From Gammaproteobacteria bacterium (GTDB taxonomy: Bacteria; Pseudomonadota; Gammaproteobacteria; GCA-002705445; GCA-002716945), in NCBI GenBank assembly GCA_047611265.1, contig JBLFWM010000001.1, forward strand, positions 230,209-294,208: a stretch of DNA of 64,000 bases, in the 5' to 3' direction. The stretch's first letter is position 1. The number at the start of each line of letters is the position of its first letter. Under the pieces are notes generated by a model, which was given only the letters and a program-made list of their open reading frames with translations, ran no database searches and was not told the DNA's origin. Shown here one piece after another: positions 23,817 through 35,188 of this stretch. The position numbers were made by a program, and so were the translations under genes.

Positions 23817-24986
23817 ATGAAAGATAACTACTTATTTACATCCGAAAGCGTATCACCTGGTCACCCAGATAAGTTAAGTGATCAACTGTCTGACGCCGTT
23901 CTAGACTATGTCTTTGAATCAGACAAAGATGCCCGTGTTGCATGCGAAGTATTAACAAAAGGGAAGCAAGATACTCCGGGAACAATAGTTATTGCTGGTG
24001 AAATCACAACTTCTCACCCTTTGGAATTTGATGCAAAGCTTAGAAAGGTTATATGTGATATTGGTTATAACTCAAATGATTTAGGCTTTAACGGAAATAG
24101 CTGTGAAATTGTCAGGTTGATAAATCAACAATCAGCTGATATTAAAATGGGTGTTGATAGAGAAGATAAAAAGAAACAGGGTGCTGGAGACCAAGGGTTA
24201 ATGTTTGGTTACGCCTCTAATGAAACAGACGTTTTAATGCCTGCCCCAATATATTTTTCTCATAGATTAGTTGAAAAGCAAGCTGAACTCCTAAAATCAA
24301 AGAAAGTTAACTGGTTAAGACCTGATGCTAAAAGCCAAGTAACTTTTTTATATGAAAATAATAAACCTAAAGAAATTGATACGGTTGTCTTGTCAACTCA
24401 GCATGATAGCACTGTAAGTCTTAAAGAAATTAGAGAGTTTGTGATTGAAGAAATAATTAAGAAAACAATACCAGAAGGATTTCAGACTAAAAATACAAAG
24501 ATTTTTGTAAATCCAACAGGAAACTTTATTGATGGTGGACCGATGGGTGATTGTGGTTTAACAGGAAGAAAAATTATAGTCGACACATATGGTGGAATGG
24601 CTAGGCATGGTGGCGGAGCATTTTCTGGAAAGGATCCATCTAAAGTTGATAGATCAGCAGCATATATATCTAGATATGTTGCAAAAAATATTGTTGCTTC
24701 CGGGTTAGCGGATAAATGTGAAATACAGTTGTCTTATGCGATTGGTATAGCTAAACCGACATCAATTTCAACAGACACATTTGGTACCGGAAAGGTTAGT
24801 GATAAAAATATTTCTAGAATCATTAATGAAGTTTTTGACTTAACTCCATATGGAATAACTGAAACACTTGATTTATTAAACAGAAAATATCAGCCTACCG
24901 CTGCTTTTGGTCATTTTGGACGAGAAGGAGAAAATTTTACTTGGGAACAGACCAATAAGATTGATATACTAAAAAGCGCATTGTAA
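23817..24986 (+). CDS. metK: S-adenosylmethionine synthetase
   Basis: 389 aa; motifs [52 protein letters not shown]. Confidence 0.95.
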   Translation: MKDNYLFTSESVSPGHPDKLSDQLSDAVLDYVFESDKDARVACEVLTKGKQDTPGTIVIAGEITTSHPLEFDAKLRKVICDIGYNSNDLGFNGNSCEIVRLINQQSADIKMGVDREDKKKQGAGDQGLMFGYASNETDVLMPAPIYFSHRLVEKQAELLKSKKVNWLRPDAKSQVTFLYENNKPKEIDTVVLSTQHDSTVSLKEIREFVIEEIIKKTIPEGFQTKNTKIFVNPTGNFIDGGPMGDCGLTGRKIIVDTYGGMARHGGGAFSGKDPSKVDRSAAYISRYVAKNIVASGLADKCEIQLSYAIGIAKPTSISTDTFGTGKVSDKNISRIINEVFDLTPYGITETLDLLNRKYQPTAAFGHFGREGENFTWEQTNKIDILKSAL

Positions 24987-25012
24987 ATAAGAATATACTA
25001 GGGAAAAACATT

Positions 25013-26326
25013 ATGAAAACTGATGAAATTAAAAAAATTGGGACAGACTATAAAGTTGCAGATATCTCTCTTGCAGAGTTTGGACACAAAGAAATCAGAA
25101 TAGCTGAAACTGAAATGCCAGGCTTAATGTCTCTCAGGGAAGAATATAAGGGGAAGAATCCTCTTAAAGGAGCTAGAATTATTGGTTGTCTTCATATGAC
25201 TATCCAAACTGCAGTATTAATTGAAACCTTAGTGGACTTAGGCGCTGATGTACGCTGGTCATCTTGTAATATATTTTCAACACAAGATCATGCGGCGGCG
25301 GCAATTGCTAGCCAAAATATTCCGGTATTTGCATGGAAAGGAGAGACTGAAGAAGAGTATAGATGGTGTATTGACCAATCTATTAATGGACTTAATGGAT
25401 GGAAACCTAATATGTTGTTAGACGATGGTGGTGATTTAACAGGAATTATTCACAAAGATCACGAAGCTCTTTTAGAAGGAATTTTAGGAGTATCTGAGGA
25501 AACAACAACTGGCGTTCACCGTCTCTATGAAATGGAAAAAAGTGGTGAGCTTAAAATGCCAGCAATAAATGTTAATGATTCTGTTACTAAATCTAAATTT
25601 GATAACCTTTATGGTTGCAGAGAATCGCTGGTAGATGGAATTAAAAGAGCTACCGATACTATGATAGCTGGTAAAATAGCCATCGTATGTGGTTACGGGG
25701 ATGTAGGGAAAGGTTCCGCTGGATCTCTTAGAGGTTTAGGAGCAAATGTATTAATCACTGAAGTTGATCCTATATGTGCACTACAAGCATCAATGGAAGG
25801 TTATAAGGTTGTTGATATTAATGACTATATTGAAGAAATTGATATATTTGTTACAGCTACTGGTAATTTTAATGTAATTAATCATGATCAAATGGTTAAA
25901 ATGAAAAATGGAGCAATAGTTTGTAATATTGGTCACTTTGATAATGAAATAGATGTCGAAGGATTGAAAAAATATGAATGGGAAAATATTAAACCACAGG
26001 TTGATCATATAATTTTTCCAGACGGTAAAAGAATAATTCTTCTAGCAGAAGGAAGACTAATTAATCTTGGATGTGCTACTGGGCATCCTAGTTTTGTAAT
26101 GTCATGTTCATTCACGAACCAAGTTATGGCTCAAATAGAACTATGGGAAAATCATAAAAATTATGAAAATAAAGTTTATGTATTACCAAAAGATTTAGAT
26201 GAGAAAGTAGCTAGGCTTCACTTAGATAAACTAGGTGTGAAGTTAACTAAGTTAACTAAAGAGCAAGCAGACTATATAAGCGTTGATGAGCAAGGTCCGT
26301 ATAAAAAAGATACTTACAGATATTAG
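25013..26326 (+). CDS. ahcY: adenosylhomocysteinase
   Basis: 437 aa; [16 protein letters not shown] and the NAD-binding [10 protein letters not shown] motif. Confidence 0.95.
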   Translation: MKTDEIKKIGTDYKVADISLAEFGHKEIRIAETEMPGLMSLREEYKGKNPLKGARIIGCLHMTIQTAVLIETLVDLGADVRWSSCNIFSTQDHAAAAIASQNIPVFAWKGETEEEYRWCIDQSINGLNGWKPNMLLDDGGDLTGIIHKDHEALLEGILGVSEETTTGVHRLYEMEKSGELKMPAINVNDSVTKSKFDNLYGCRESLVDGIKRATDTMIAGKIAIVCGYGDVGKGSAGSLRGLGANVLITEVDPICALQASMEGYKVVDINDYIEEIDIFVTATGNFNVINHDQMVKMKNGAIVCNIGHFDNEIDVEGLKKYEWENIKPQVDHIIFPDGKRIILLAEGRLINLGCATGHPSFVMSCSFTNQVMAQIELWENHKNYENKVYVLPKDLDEKVARLHLDKLGVKLTKLTKEQADYISVDEQGPYKKDTYRY

Positions 26327-26356
26327 ATCTTAAATATTTTTACGTATTATTACTGA

Positions 26357-27721
26357 ATGTCTAAAAAAGAAAGCAAATCGACTCGTAATCTTATAAAAAG
26401 AGATTTAAAGGTTGTATGGCACCCATGCACCCAAATGAAAGATCATGAGAAAATACCATTAATACCTATTAAAAAAGGTAAAGGTATATGGTTGGAAGAT
26501 TATGATGGTAATCAATATATAGATGCAATTAGTTCTTGGTGGGTAAATCTATTTGGACATTCTAATCCTTATATAAATAAACAAATAACAAAACAACTAG
26601 GTAATCTTGAGCATGTATTATTAGCAGGATTTACACATGAACCTGCTATAAATCTTGCTGAGAGATTAGTTAAATTATCTCCTCCAAAAATCAAAAAATG
26701 TTTTTTTACAGATAATGGCTCTTCCGCAGTAGATGCTGCAATGAAAATGAGTTACCACTATTGGAAAAACAAAGGGTTTAAGAAAAAATCAAAATTTATA
26801 TCCTTATCCAATAGTTATCATGGTGAAACACTAGGTTCTTTGTCTGTATCAAATATAGATTTATATAAAAAGACATATGAGGAGCTAATGATAGATAGCA
26901 TAGTAGTTGAATCTCCGGACTGCTATTTGAAAGACGAAAAGCACACAGATAAGCAACATACTGAAATAATGTTTGATAAGATGCTCAAGGTCATAGAAAA
27001 AAAACACAAAGAAGTATCAGCTGTAATTATTGAGCCACTTGTTCAGTGTGCAGGTTATATGAGAATGTATCACCCTATCTACTTAAAACTATTAAGAGAA
27101 GCTTGCGACAAATATAATATACATTTGATTGCAGATGAAATTGCTGTGGGTTTCGGTAGAACAGGCACTATGTTTGCTTATGAGCAAAGTAAAATTACAC
27201 CAGATATTATTTGTCTATCAAAAGGAATTACAGGTGGATATATGACTCTATCAACTATTCTTACAACTAATGACATGTATGATGCATTTTATGATGAATA
27301 TACAAAGTTAAATGCCTTTCTGCATTCTCATAGTTATACTGCTAACCCGATTGCCTGCTCTGCAGCAAATGCTTCATTGGATATATTTGAGAAAGAAAAA
27401 ACTATATCAAAAAATAAAATATTATCAGATTATATATCCAAATCTTTAGGTAAAATTTCTCAGCACCAGCATGTTGGCGATGTTAGACAGCATGGGATGA
27501 TTGCTGCGATAGAAATCGTTAAAAATAAGTCGACTAAAACTCCCTATGACTGGAAAGAAAGAAGAGGTGTAAGAGCATATGAGTATGGACTGAAGAATAA
27601 TGTCTTGATTAGACCTTTAGGAAATGTAATATACTTTATGCCACCATATATAATAAATAAAAATGAAATTGATAAGGTAATAAACGTAATTGAAGGCGCT
27701 ATAGATATTGCAACAAAATAA
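26357..27721 (+). CDS. bioA: adenosylmethionine-8-amino-7-oxononanoate aminotransferase (class III PLP aminotransferase)
   Basis: 454 aa class-III aminotransferase with the PLP-lysine region LSKGITGGY. Assigned as BioA by length and family; substrate specificity is inferred. Confidence 0.75.
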   Translation: MSKKESKSTRNLIKRDLKVVWHPCTQMKDHEKIPLIPIKKGKGIWLEDYDGNQYIDAISSWWVNLFGHSNPYINKQITKQLGNLEHVLLAGFTHEPAINLAERLVKLSPPKIKKCFFTDNGSSAVDAAMKMSYHYWKNKGFKKKSKFISLSNSYHGETLGSLSVSNIDLYKKTYEELMIDSIVVESPDCYLKDEKHTDKQHTEIMFDKMLKVIEKKHKEVSAVIIEPLVQCAGYMRMYHPIYLKLLREACDKYNIHLIADEIAVGFGRTGTMFAYEQSKITPDIICLSKGITGGYMTLSTILTTNDMYDAFYDEYTKLNAFLHSHSYTANPIACSAANASLDIFEKEKTISKNKILSDYISKSLGKISQHQHVGDVRQHGMIAAIEIVKNKSTKTPYDWKERRGVRAYEYGLKNNVLIRPLGNVIYFMPPYIINKNEIDKVINVIEGAIDIATK

Positions 27722-28418
27722 ATTTCATAGAATATATGTTAACAATCATATATCAATAAATAATGAATTAAAAATTGATTCTAATGTTGTCAATCATATT
27801 AGAAATGTCTTAAGAATTAGACATAATGAAAACATTATAGTTTTTAATGGTGATGGGAAAGAATATATTGCAGAAGTTCACTATAAAGAAGAATTAATTA
27901 TTTTAATAAAAAGTGAAAATCCATTAAGGAAAATAGATACTCATAAAATAATTTTAGCTCAATGCATTCCTAGTGCCAAACATATGGATTTAGCAATTCA
28001 AAAGTCTGTAGAGATAGGGATCAATGAAATAATTCCTATTATTTCTGAAAGGAGTCACCCAGGTGACCATAAGAAAAAAAGAATTCATTGGGAAAATATT
28101 ATCGTAAGTGCTACAGAACAATCTAATGGTTTATTTTTAGCAAAATTAAACAATACTATTTCCTTAAAAGAATTTCTTGATGAAGTAGACGAAGATGATG
28201 CTCAAAAAATATGTTTTCATATGTCTGGAAGAAAAATGAGTCAATCAGATAAAAATTATCAATCACATATAATTCTAATTGGCCCAGAAGGTGGCTTCTC
28301 TAAAGAAGAAATAGATTTAGTTGGAAGATATAACTGGAATATTATTAGTCTTGGGGATAGGATATTGAGAACAGAAACTGCATCAATGGTTGCGCAAACA
28401 ATATTAAGAGATTTTTGA
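27708..28418 (+). CDS. rsmE: 16S rRNA (uracil1498-N3)-methyltransferase RsmE
   Basis: 236 aa with RsmE-like C-terminal motifs (ILIGPEGGFSKEE…RTETA). Confidence 0.75.
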   Translation: MQQNKFHRIYVNNHISINNELKIDSNVVNHIRNVLRIRHNENIIVFNGDGKEYIAEVHYKEELIILIKSENPLRKIDTHKIILAQCIPSAKHMDLAIQKSVEIGINEIIPIISERSHPGDHKKKRIHWENIIVSATEQSNGLFLAKLNNTISLKEFLDEVDEDDAQKICFHMSGRKMSQSDKNYQSHIILIGPEGGFSKEEIDLVGRYNWNIISLGDRILRTETASMVAQTILRDF

Positions 28419-28419
28419 A

Positions 28420-29670
28420 ATGGAAAATATAAAATCAATTGCCGAATACACAAAATCATTCACTAATGAGAGTCTGCATTCTGTTATTATAGAAAATCAT
28501 ATGAATATAGAGGCATGGTTTAGAAAGCAATGGATTAAATATCCTGCTCCATTTTACACTTCTATAGATTTAAGAAATTCTGGGTATAAAATAGCACCTG
28601 TTGATACAAATTTATTTCCTGCTGGATTTAATAACCTTGACAGTGATTTAGATTTTTTATATATAGCTGCTGTTCAGCATGCATTAGAAAGGATATCTCC
28701 AGCATTAACTAAAGTCTTGATTATATCTGAAAATCATACAAGAAATAAATTCTATCTCTCAAGTATTGACTCACTATCAAATATTATTAGAAAAGCTGGA
28801 TACGAGGTTAAAGTATCCTCAATGTTAAATAGCGATGGAAATATTAATGAATTATTAGTAAATAAAAATAATATACTTGCATATGGTGGATTTATCCCTG
28901 ATGCCATATTACTAAATAATGATTTATCAGATGGAATTCCAGATATTTTAGATAATATTGTACAACCTATTCTTCCAGACAAAAACTTAGGTTGGACAAA
29001 AAGATCCAAAACAATACACTTTGAATATTACACTGATGTTGTTAATAATTTTTCTCGTCTTCTAGGGATTGATTCTTGGTTGCTTGAACCATTATTTAGA
29101 AACTGTGGAGAAATAGACTTTAAAACAAAACAAGGAGAAGACTGCTTAGTGCATCATGCATCAAGACTATTAACCCTTATTCAAGAAAAATATAATGAAT
29201 ATGATATTCAAGAAGATCCATATATCATGATTAAGGCTGACTCAGGAACATATGGAATGGGAATCATGAAAGTTAAAAGCATAGACCAGCTTCTAAACCT
29301 TAATAGAAAACAAAGAACTAAAATGTTAAAAACTAAAGGCGGTAATAAAGTTGATAAAGTGATACTACAAGAAGGCATCTATTCAAATGAAAAGCTTAAG
29401 CCCTCGAATCATGTTGCGGAACCTGTTATTTACTCTTTTGGTAGTAATTTAGTAGGTGGATTTTATAGACTTCATGATAGTAAAAGTAATTCAGAAAATT
29501 TAAATTCACCTGGTATGACATTTTTACCAATACCATTTAAAGATGCATGTATAAATCCCAATGATAGCGAAACAATATATTCAGACACGAATAAATTTTA
29601 TATTTACGGAGTTATTGCTAGATTAGCTATACTAGCAGCTTCAAAAGAACTATATAATATTGAGCCTTAA
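28420..29670 (+). CDS. gshA: probable glutamate-cysteine ligase of the non-E. coli bacterial GshA family
   Basis: 416 aa. The N-terminal region (…PFYTSIDLRNSGYKIAPVDTNLFPAGFNNL…) matches my recollection of the short bacterial GshA family. It lies directly upstream of gshB, which supports the assignment. Not verified by search. Confidence 0.45.
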   Translation: MENIKSIAEYTKSFTNESLHSVIIENHMNIEAWFRKQWIKYPAPFYTSIDLRNSGYKIAPVDTNLFPAGFNNLDSDLDFLYIAAVQHALERISPALTKVLIISENHTRNKFYLSSIDSLSNIIRKAGYEVKVSSMLNSDGNINELLVNKNNILAYGGFIPDAILLNNDLSDGIPDILDNIVQPILPDKNLGWTKRSKTIHFEYYTDVVNNFSRLLGIDSWLLEPLFRNCGEIDFKTKQGEDCLVHHASRLLTLIQEKYNEYDIQEDPYIMIKADSGTYGMGIMKVKSIDQLLNLNRKQRTKMLKTKGGNKVDKVILQEGIYSNEKLKPSNHVAEPVIYSFGSNLVGGFYRLHDSKSNSENLNSPGMTFLPIPFKDACINPNDSETIYSDTNKFYIYGVIARLAILAASKELYNIEP

Positions 29671-29672
29671 AC

Positions 29673-30629
29673 ATGTATTCATTCGGTATCATAATGGATC
29701 CCATAGAGGATATCAATCCTAAGGAAGATTCTACATTTTCAATAATTACAGCCCTACAAAAAAATCACAATATTGAATATATTGTACCAGACACCATACA
29801 TTTAATTAATCAAGATATTTTTGCACAAACTAAAAAATTAAATACTTTTAAAAGAAAAAAAGATTTTTATAAATTATCACGAAGTAGATTAATGAATTTA
29901 TCAAAACTAGATTGTATATTATTCCGCAAAGATCCTCCTGTGGATGAAAAATATATACAAACAACACATATGCTAGATTACTTGGAAAAAAATGGAGTGC
30001 TCATAATTAATTCTCCACAATCTTTGAGAGATTACAATGAAAAGCTATTGGGAAATAACTTAACTAAGCTTAATTTACCCACTCTTGTTTCATCTAACCA
30101 AGAAACAATAGTTGATTTTATTAAAAAACATAAAAAAGTTGTGATAAAACCACTAAACCTAATGGGTGGAAAAGAGATCTCGCTACTATCTCTTCAAGAC
30201 AAAGATTTACTAAAATCAATAAAAGCTATGAGTGGTAATTCCAGAAGATTTGTTATGGTGCAAAAATATCTAAAAGAAATTAAGGATGGAGACACAAGAA
30301 TACTTATTACTAATGGCATTGTCCATGAAAATGTACTGGTTAGATATCCACCAAAAAATGATTTTAGAGCAAATCTTTCATATGGCGGTAAATTTGAAGT
30401 ACGTAAGATAAACCCTAAGCATCTTGATCATTTAAAGGATATAGCAATCTATCTAAAAAATAATAGAATATATTTCGCTGGAGTAGATATGATTGGAGAT
30501 TATATAACAGAAATTAATATAACATCTCCTACTGGAATTCAGCAGATAGAATTAAAAGATAAAAGCTTGAGTTCAGTAATTGCCAATCAGTTTATAAAAA
30601 TAGTTGAGCAACATTATGATGATAAATAA
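29673..30629 (+). CDS. gshB: glutathione synthetase
   Basis: 318 aa. N-terminal domain IIMDPIEDINPKEDSTF parallels E. coli GshB (VVMDPIANINIKKDSSF), followed by a C-terminal ATP-grasp domain. Confidence 0.85.
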   Translation: MYSFGIIMDPIEDINPKEDSTFSIITALQKNHNIEYIVPDTIHLINQDIFAQTKKLNTFKRKKDFYKLSRSRLMNLSKLDCILFRKDPPVDEKYIQTTHMLDYLEKNGVLIINSPQSLRDYNEKLLGNNLTKLNLPTLVSSNQETIVDFIKKHKKVVIKPLNLMGGKEISLLSLQDKDLLKSIKAMSGNSRRFVMVQKYLKEIKDGDTRILITNGIVHENVLVRYPPKNDFRANLSYGGKFEVRKINPKHLDHLKDIAIYLKNNRIYFAGVDMIGDYITEINITSPTGIQQIELKDKSLSSVIANQFIKIVEQHYDDK

Positions 30630-30642
30630 AGATTACATGTAT

Positions 30643-31056
30643 ATGTCCATAGATTATGGTGTCAGTAAAATCGGTTTTGCTATTGGTCAATTGATAACAA
30701 AAAAGGCAACTCCATTAAAGATTATTTATAATGGAAAAAAAGGAACTAATTGGATAGATATAGAAAAATTAATACATGAATGGAAGCCTAATGTCATAAT
30801 TATTGGATATCCATATAGTAAGACTAAAAGTAATTTTACAAAAAAATTAGATTTATTCATTACCATGATTACTAAAAAATATGTAGACTCTATTCAAATA
30901 GCGAAATTTTCAGAGGTTCTGTCTACTGAAGAAAGTAAAGTAATATATAGCGATATGAGAAAAAGCCAATATAATATAAAAAAGAAGGTTGATTTAGATG
31001 ATTTGTCAGCTTCCATAATTTTGGAAAGCTGGTTCAACGAAAATATGATAAGATAA
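30643..31056 (+). CDS. ruvX: Holliday-junction resolvase-like RuvX/YqgF
   Basis: MSIDYGVSKIGFAIGQ aligns with the E. coli YqgF N-terminus (LAFDFGTKSIGVAVGQ). The supplied ORF starts at 30604, but the ATG at 30643 (or 30637) avoids overlap with gshB. Follows gshB, as in E. coli/Pseudomonas. Confidence 0.8.
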   Translation: MSIDYGVSKIGFAIGQLITKKATPLKIIYNGKKGTNWIDIEKLIHEWKPNVIIIGYPYSKTKSNFTKKLDLFITMITKKYVDSIQIAKFSEVLSTEESKVIYSDMRKSQYNIKKKVDLDDLSASIILESWFNENMIR

Positions 31057-31060
31057 GATT

Positions 31061-32008
31061 ATGAAAATCGACTACAATATTCAATTTAATGAAAATAATA
31101 AATTACAACATTTCTTGAATATAGAGAATTTGTCAAAAGAACATATAAATGAAATTATAGATTTAGCTGATAGCTATATTAATAATGATAGTAATAAATT
31201 TAAAGATTTAGAAGGTAAAACAATAGCAAGCTTATTTTTTGAGCCTAGCACAAGAACTAAAACCACATTTGAACTAGCTTCAAAAAGATTATCAGCAGAT
31301 TTTATTAATATTGATATAGCTAATTCTTCAACACTCAAAGGCGAATCAATTCTAGATATGATTAAGACATTGGAAGCAATGGAGTGTGACATGTTTATCG
31401 TAAGACATTCTTCGTCAGGGACTCCACATTATATTGCTAAAGAGGTCGGAAAGAAAATATCTGTAATTAATGCTGGTGATGGTATACATGCTCACCCAAC
31501 ACAAGCAATGCTAGATATGTATACTATTAAAAAGTATAAGGGTAGTTTTGAAAATTTAAATGTATCAATTGTTGGTGATATTTTACACTCTAGAGTAGCA
31601 AAATCTTTAATAGCGAGTCTTAAAATATTATCAGTAAAAAATATAAATATAATTGGACCAAAAAATTTAATGCCAGAAAATATAAATAAATTAGGAATTA
31701 ATTATTTTTCTAACTTGGAAAAAGGTATAAATAATGTTGATGTTATAATTATGCTTAGACTTCAACAAGAGCGCATGAAAGAAGCTTTTATATCTACAGA
31801 GGATTATTATAATAATTATGGTCTAACTAAACAAAAAATTATGTCAGCCAAAAAAGATGTAATTGTAATGCATCCTGGACCAATTAATCGAGGTATAGAA
31901 ATTGACTCCGAAGTAGCAGATGGCCCTAATTCTGTGATTTTAGATCAAGTTACTGCAGGCATATCAATTAGAATGGCTATCATGTCTCTTATTTTTAAAA
32001 ATAAATAA
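31061..32008 (+). CDS. pyrB: aspartate carbamoyltransferase catalytic subunit
   Basis: 315 aa with STRTK (carbamoyl-phosphate binding) and an HPxQ region. No pyrI, pyrR or pyrC' is adjacent. Confidence 0.9.
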   Translation: MKIDYNIQFNENNKLQHFLNIENLSKEHINEIIDLADSYINNDSNKFKDLEGKTIASLFFEPSTRTKTTFELASKRLSADFINIDIANSSTLKGESILDMIKTLEAMECDMFIVRHSSSGTPHYIAKEVGKKISVINAGDGIHAHPTQAMLDMYTIKKYKGSFENLNVSIVGDILHSRVAKSLIASLKILSVKNINIIGPKNLMPENINKLGINYFSNLEKGINNVDVIIMLRLQQERMKEAFISTEDYYNNYGLTKQKIMSAKKDVIVMHPGPINRGIEIDSEVADGPNSVILDQVTAGISIRMAIMSLIFKNK

Positions 32009-32014
32009 CAAGAT

Positions 32015-32686
32015 ATGAAAGAAGACTATCAAAATATTTTATCAAAAATAGATTCTGATATAGAAAAAATATCAATTGATAAAACCACAAAGCTAATTAT
32101 TGTGAGTAAATCACAACCAATATCAAGTATTAGAGAATTAATAAAATCTGGTTATCATATATATGGAGAAAACTATCTAGATGAAGCTATAAAAAAAATT
32201 GAAGAAATTGATGACAATAATTTAGAATGGCATTTTATTGGAAGAATTCAGTCAAATAAAATTAAAAAGATAGCAAAATATTTTAACTGGGTCCAAACAA
32301 TTTCATCTGAAAAACATGCAAGATTACTAAATGAAGAATGTCAAAAATTAGAAAAGAAACTGAATATTTGCGTTCAAATCAATATAGACAATGAGGAATC
32401 AAAAGCTGGTATTATGATTAATGAAATTGATGAATTCTTAAATAATATTTCTAAGTATGAATATTTATCATTAAGAGGAATTATGGCAATTCCTTCTAAG
32501 CTGAATGCTTTGAAAGAAAATGTAAATTCATATAATATACTTAAGCTGAAATATGATAAATTAAGTAATAAATATAAAAATATAGATACTTTGTCACTAG
32601 GTATGAGTAATGACTATAAACTAGCTTTAAGTAAAGGTTCGAATATGATACGTATTGGAAGTTTGATATTTGGTGAGAGAAAATGA
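32015..32686 (+). CDS. yggS: PLP homeostasis protein YggS
   Basis: 223 aa TIM-barrel, YggS-like. It lies in the conserved yggS-proC-yggT arrangement. Confidence 0.8.
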   Translation: MKEDYQNILSKIDSDIEKISIDKTTKLIIVSKSQPISSIRELIKSGYHIYGENYLDEAIKKIEEIDDNNLEWHFIGRIQSNKIKKIAKYFNWVQTISSEKHARLLNEECQKLEKKLNICVQINIDNEESKAGIMINEIDEFLNNISKYEYLSLRGIMAIPSKLNALKENVNSYNILKLKYDKLSNKYKNIDTLSLGMSNDYKLALSKGSNMIRIGSLIFGERK

Positions 32687-33492
32687 TAATAAAAGATATT
32701 GCAATTATAGGTGTTGGAAACTTAGCCCAGTCTTTGCTCTATAGACTAGAATCATCTAAAGCTAAGGTAAAGATAAGACTATATGATAAAAATACTAGAA
32801 AGAAGTCTTTAGCTAAAAAATCAACAATCACATATAGTAACGCAATAGATCATCATTTAATTAAAAGCGAAGTAATAATTATTGCTGTAAAACCAAATCA
32901 ATATAAAGGTATTTGTGGAGACATAAAGAGATTTTGTTCAAAGTCATCGGTAGTTATAAGTTTGATGGCTGGCGTAAGAACAACTAATTTAATAAAAGAA
33001 CTTAATCCTGAAACACCAATTGCCAGGGTAATGACAAATATTAACTCAAAATATGGAAATGCTTCTACATTCATCTTTCCAAACAAATTTTGTAAAGATA
33101 GTAAGACTGCATCAATAAAAAGATTTTTTAATATTTTTGGAACATCTCATATTGTGGAAAATGAAAATAAAATTGATAAAGTTACAGCACTCATTGGAAG
33201 TGGGCCTGCATATTTTATTCATTTTCTGGAGGCAATAATTCAAACATTTAAAAAGTTTGGTTTTTCAGAAAATGAAGCAGAAACTTATGCTAAAGAATTA
33301 TTTTATGGGACTGCAATAACATGCATGAATGAAAAGAAAGGTTTTAAAGAAATAAAAGATTCAGTTATTTCAAAAGGTGGAACAACAGATGCGGCACTAA
33401 AGACCCTGGATACTCTTAAGTTTAAAAGTATCTTAACAAAATCGATTAAAGAAGCTTACAATAAAGCTCGACAATTAGGAAAAAATAAATAA
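32683..33492 (+). CDS. proC: pyrroline-5-carboxylate reductase
   Basis: 269 aa with N-terminal Rossmann IGVGNLAQSL. Synteny with yggS/yggT. Confidence 0.8.
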   Translation: MIIKDIAIIGVGNLAQSLLYRLESSKAKVKIRLYDKNTRKKSLAKKSTITYSNAIDHHLIKSEVIIIAVKPNQYKGICGDIKRFCSKSSVVISLMAGVRTTNLIKELNPETPIARVMTNINSKYGNASTFIFPNKFCKDSKTASIKRFFNIFGTSHIVENENKIDKVTALIGSGPAYFIHFLEAIIQTFKKFGFSENEAETYAKELFYGTAITCMNEKKGFKEIKDSVISKGGTTDAALKTLDTLKFKSILTKSIKEAYNKARQLGKNK

Positions 33493-34061
33493 TGGAAGCT
33501 TATGCCTCAAAACCAATAATATTTTTATTAATAACTATTGTAGGTTTTATACAATTCTTATTTATACTTAGATTTTTATTTGAAATAACCAGAGTATCTT
33601 ATAATAACCCTGTTGCACAGTTAGTGGTAAAAGCTACAGATCCAGCTTTGCTTTTATTTAGAATAATTCCCCTTTATATAGGCAGGTTTGACTTAACCAT
33701 TATTATTCTGATTACTGCTTTAACGACACTAAAAATTTATATTAATCCTAATTTTAGTGGATTTGAATATAGTATCAGTGCTCTATTTATTGCAGGATTT
33801 GGTTTTGCGATAAAAGAAATTTTAGATATTTTATGGTATGCGGTAATTATAGGTGTAATAGGAAGCTGGTTTATTGCATATAGTAATCATCCGCTATTTA
33901 GTCTTGTAGATGAAATTTGCGACCCTTTGTATAAACCAATAAGAAACATATTACCTAATATGTCAGGTATAGATTTATCACCTATTGTTTTACTAGTGGT
34001 GTTAAATTTACTGCAAATGATTATTTTACCACCTATCTTTAACCTAACTAGGTATGTCTAA
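33492..34061 (+). CDS. yggT: YggT family membrane protein
   Basis: 189 aa, 4-TM, with duplicated YGGT-like repeats. Confidence 0.7.
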   Translation: MEAYASKPIIFLLITIVGFIQFLFILRFLFEITRVSYNNPVAQLVVKATDPALLLFRIIPLYIGRFDLTIIILITALTTLKIYINPNFSGFEYSISALFIAGFGFAIKEILDILWYAVIIGVIGSWFIAYSNHPLFSLVDEICDPLYKPIRNILPNMSGIDLSPIVLLVVLNLLQMIILPPIFNLTRYV

Positions 34062-35188
34062 TGGATGAAAACTCAATTGGATATGTAAAACCAACTATTG
34101 TCACTATTAAGAATCCTTTGAAGCTTTTGTCTGGACGAGTTTTAAGTCAATATAACCTTACATATGAAGCATATGGTTCTCTAAACAAAGATGGGAGTAA
34201 TGCTGTTTTAATATGTCATGCTTTATCAGGTAATCATCATGTAGCAGGCTATTATGAAGGGGAAGATAAGCCTGGGTGGTGGAATAATATGATTGGTCCT
34301 GGGAAACCAATTGATACGAATAAATTATTCGTTGTATGTTTGAATAATTTAGGTGGTTGCCATGGCTCTACTGGACCTACAAGCATAAATCCAGAAACTA
34401 ACAAGGTCTATGGCTCTGATTTCCCAATTATAACTGTAAGTGACTGGGTAACATCACAAAAAGAGTTAATGAATTATCTAAATATTCCTTTTTGGAAATT
34501 TGTTATTGGTGGAAGTCTCGGTGGAATGCAGGCATTACAATGGTCATTTCAATATCCAGAATTAATAAATAATTGTATTGCTATAGCAGCTGCGCCAAAG
34601 TTAACTGCTCAAAATATAGCATTTAATGAAATTGCCAGGCAAGCAATAATGAAAGATCCAAATTGGCATAATGGAAATTATTTAGACAAAGGAGTTTCTC
34701 CTGACCAGGGTTTAGCGTTAGCTAGAATGCTTGGCCATATAACATATCTCTCAGATGAATCTATGAGGGAAAAATTTGGTAGAGATTTAAAAACATCAAA
34801 ACTAAATTTTAATTATGATGTAGAATTTCAGATTGAAAGCTATTTAAAGTATCAAGGAGAAAAATTTGTCACAGGATTTGATGCCAATACATATATGTTA
34901 ATGACAAAATCTTTAGACTATTTTGACCCTATTAAAGACATGTCTCAGTCATTAATAGATAATCTTCAAAAGAGCAAGTCTAAATTTTTAATTATATCGT
35001 TTACATCAGACTGGAGATTTCCTCCAAAAAGATCAAAAGAAATTGTTAAATTATTATTAGATAATAAAAGAAATGTAAGTTATTCAGAAATTTCCGCAGA
35101 TGGAGGTCATGATGCATTTCTCATGGGAAATCATGATTACTTTGATATTATGAGATCTTTTATTCTGGAGTCAAATAATGGCATTTAG
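34061..35188 (+). CDS. metX: homoserine O-acetyltransferase (MetX)
   Basis: 375 aa alpha/beta hydrolase with the [12 protein letters not shown] nucleophile elbow. Followed by metW. Confidence 0.85.
   Translation: MDENSIGYVKPTIVTIKNPLKLLSGRVLSQYNLTYEAYGSLNKDGSNAVLICHALSGNHHVAGYYEGEDKPGWWNNMIGPGKPIDTNKLFVVCLNNLGGCHGSTGPTSINPETNKVYGSDFPIITVSDWVTSQKELMNYLNIPFWKFVIGGSLGGMQALQWSFQYPELINNCIAIAAAPKLTAQNIAFNEIARQAIMKDPNWHNGNYLDKGVSPDQGLALARMLGHITYLSDESMREKFGRDLKTSKLNFNYDVEFQIESYLKYQGEKFVTGFDANTYMLMTKSLDYFDPIKDMSQSLIDNLQKSKSKFLIISFTSDWRFPPKRSKEIVKLLLDNKRNVSYSEISADGGHDAFLMGNHDYFDIMRSFILESNNGI

Noticed and set aside
23760-25012. SAM or SAH riboswitches upstream of metK and ahcY
   Set aside because: The intergenic regions are only 57 and 26 nt, too short for any known SAM/SAH riboswitch aptamer.
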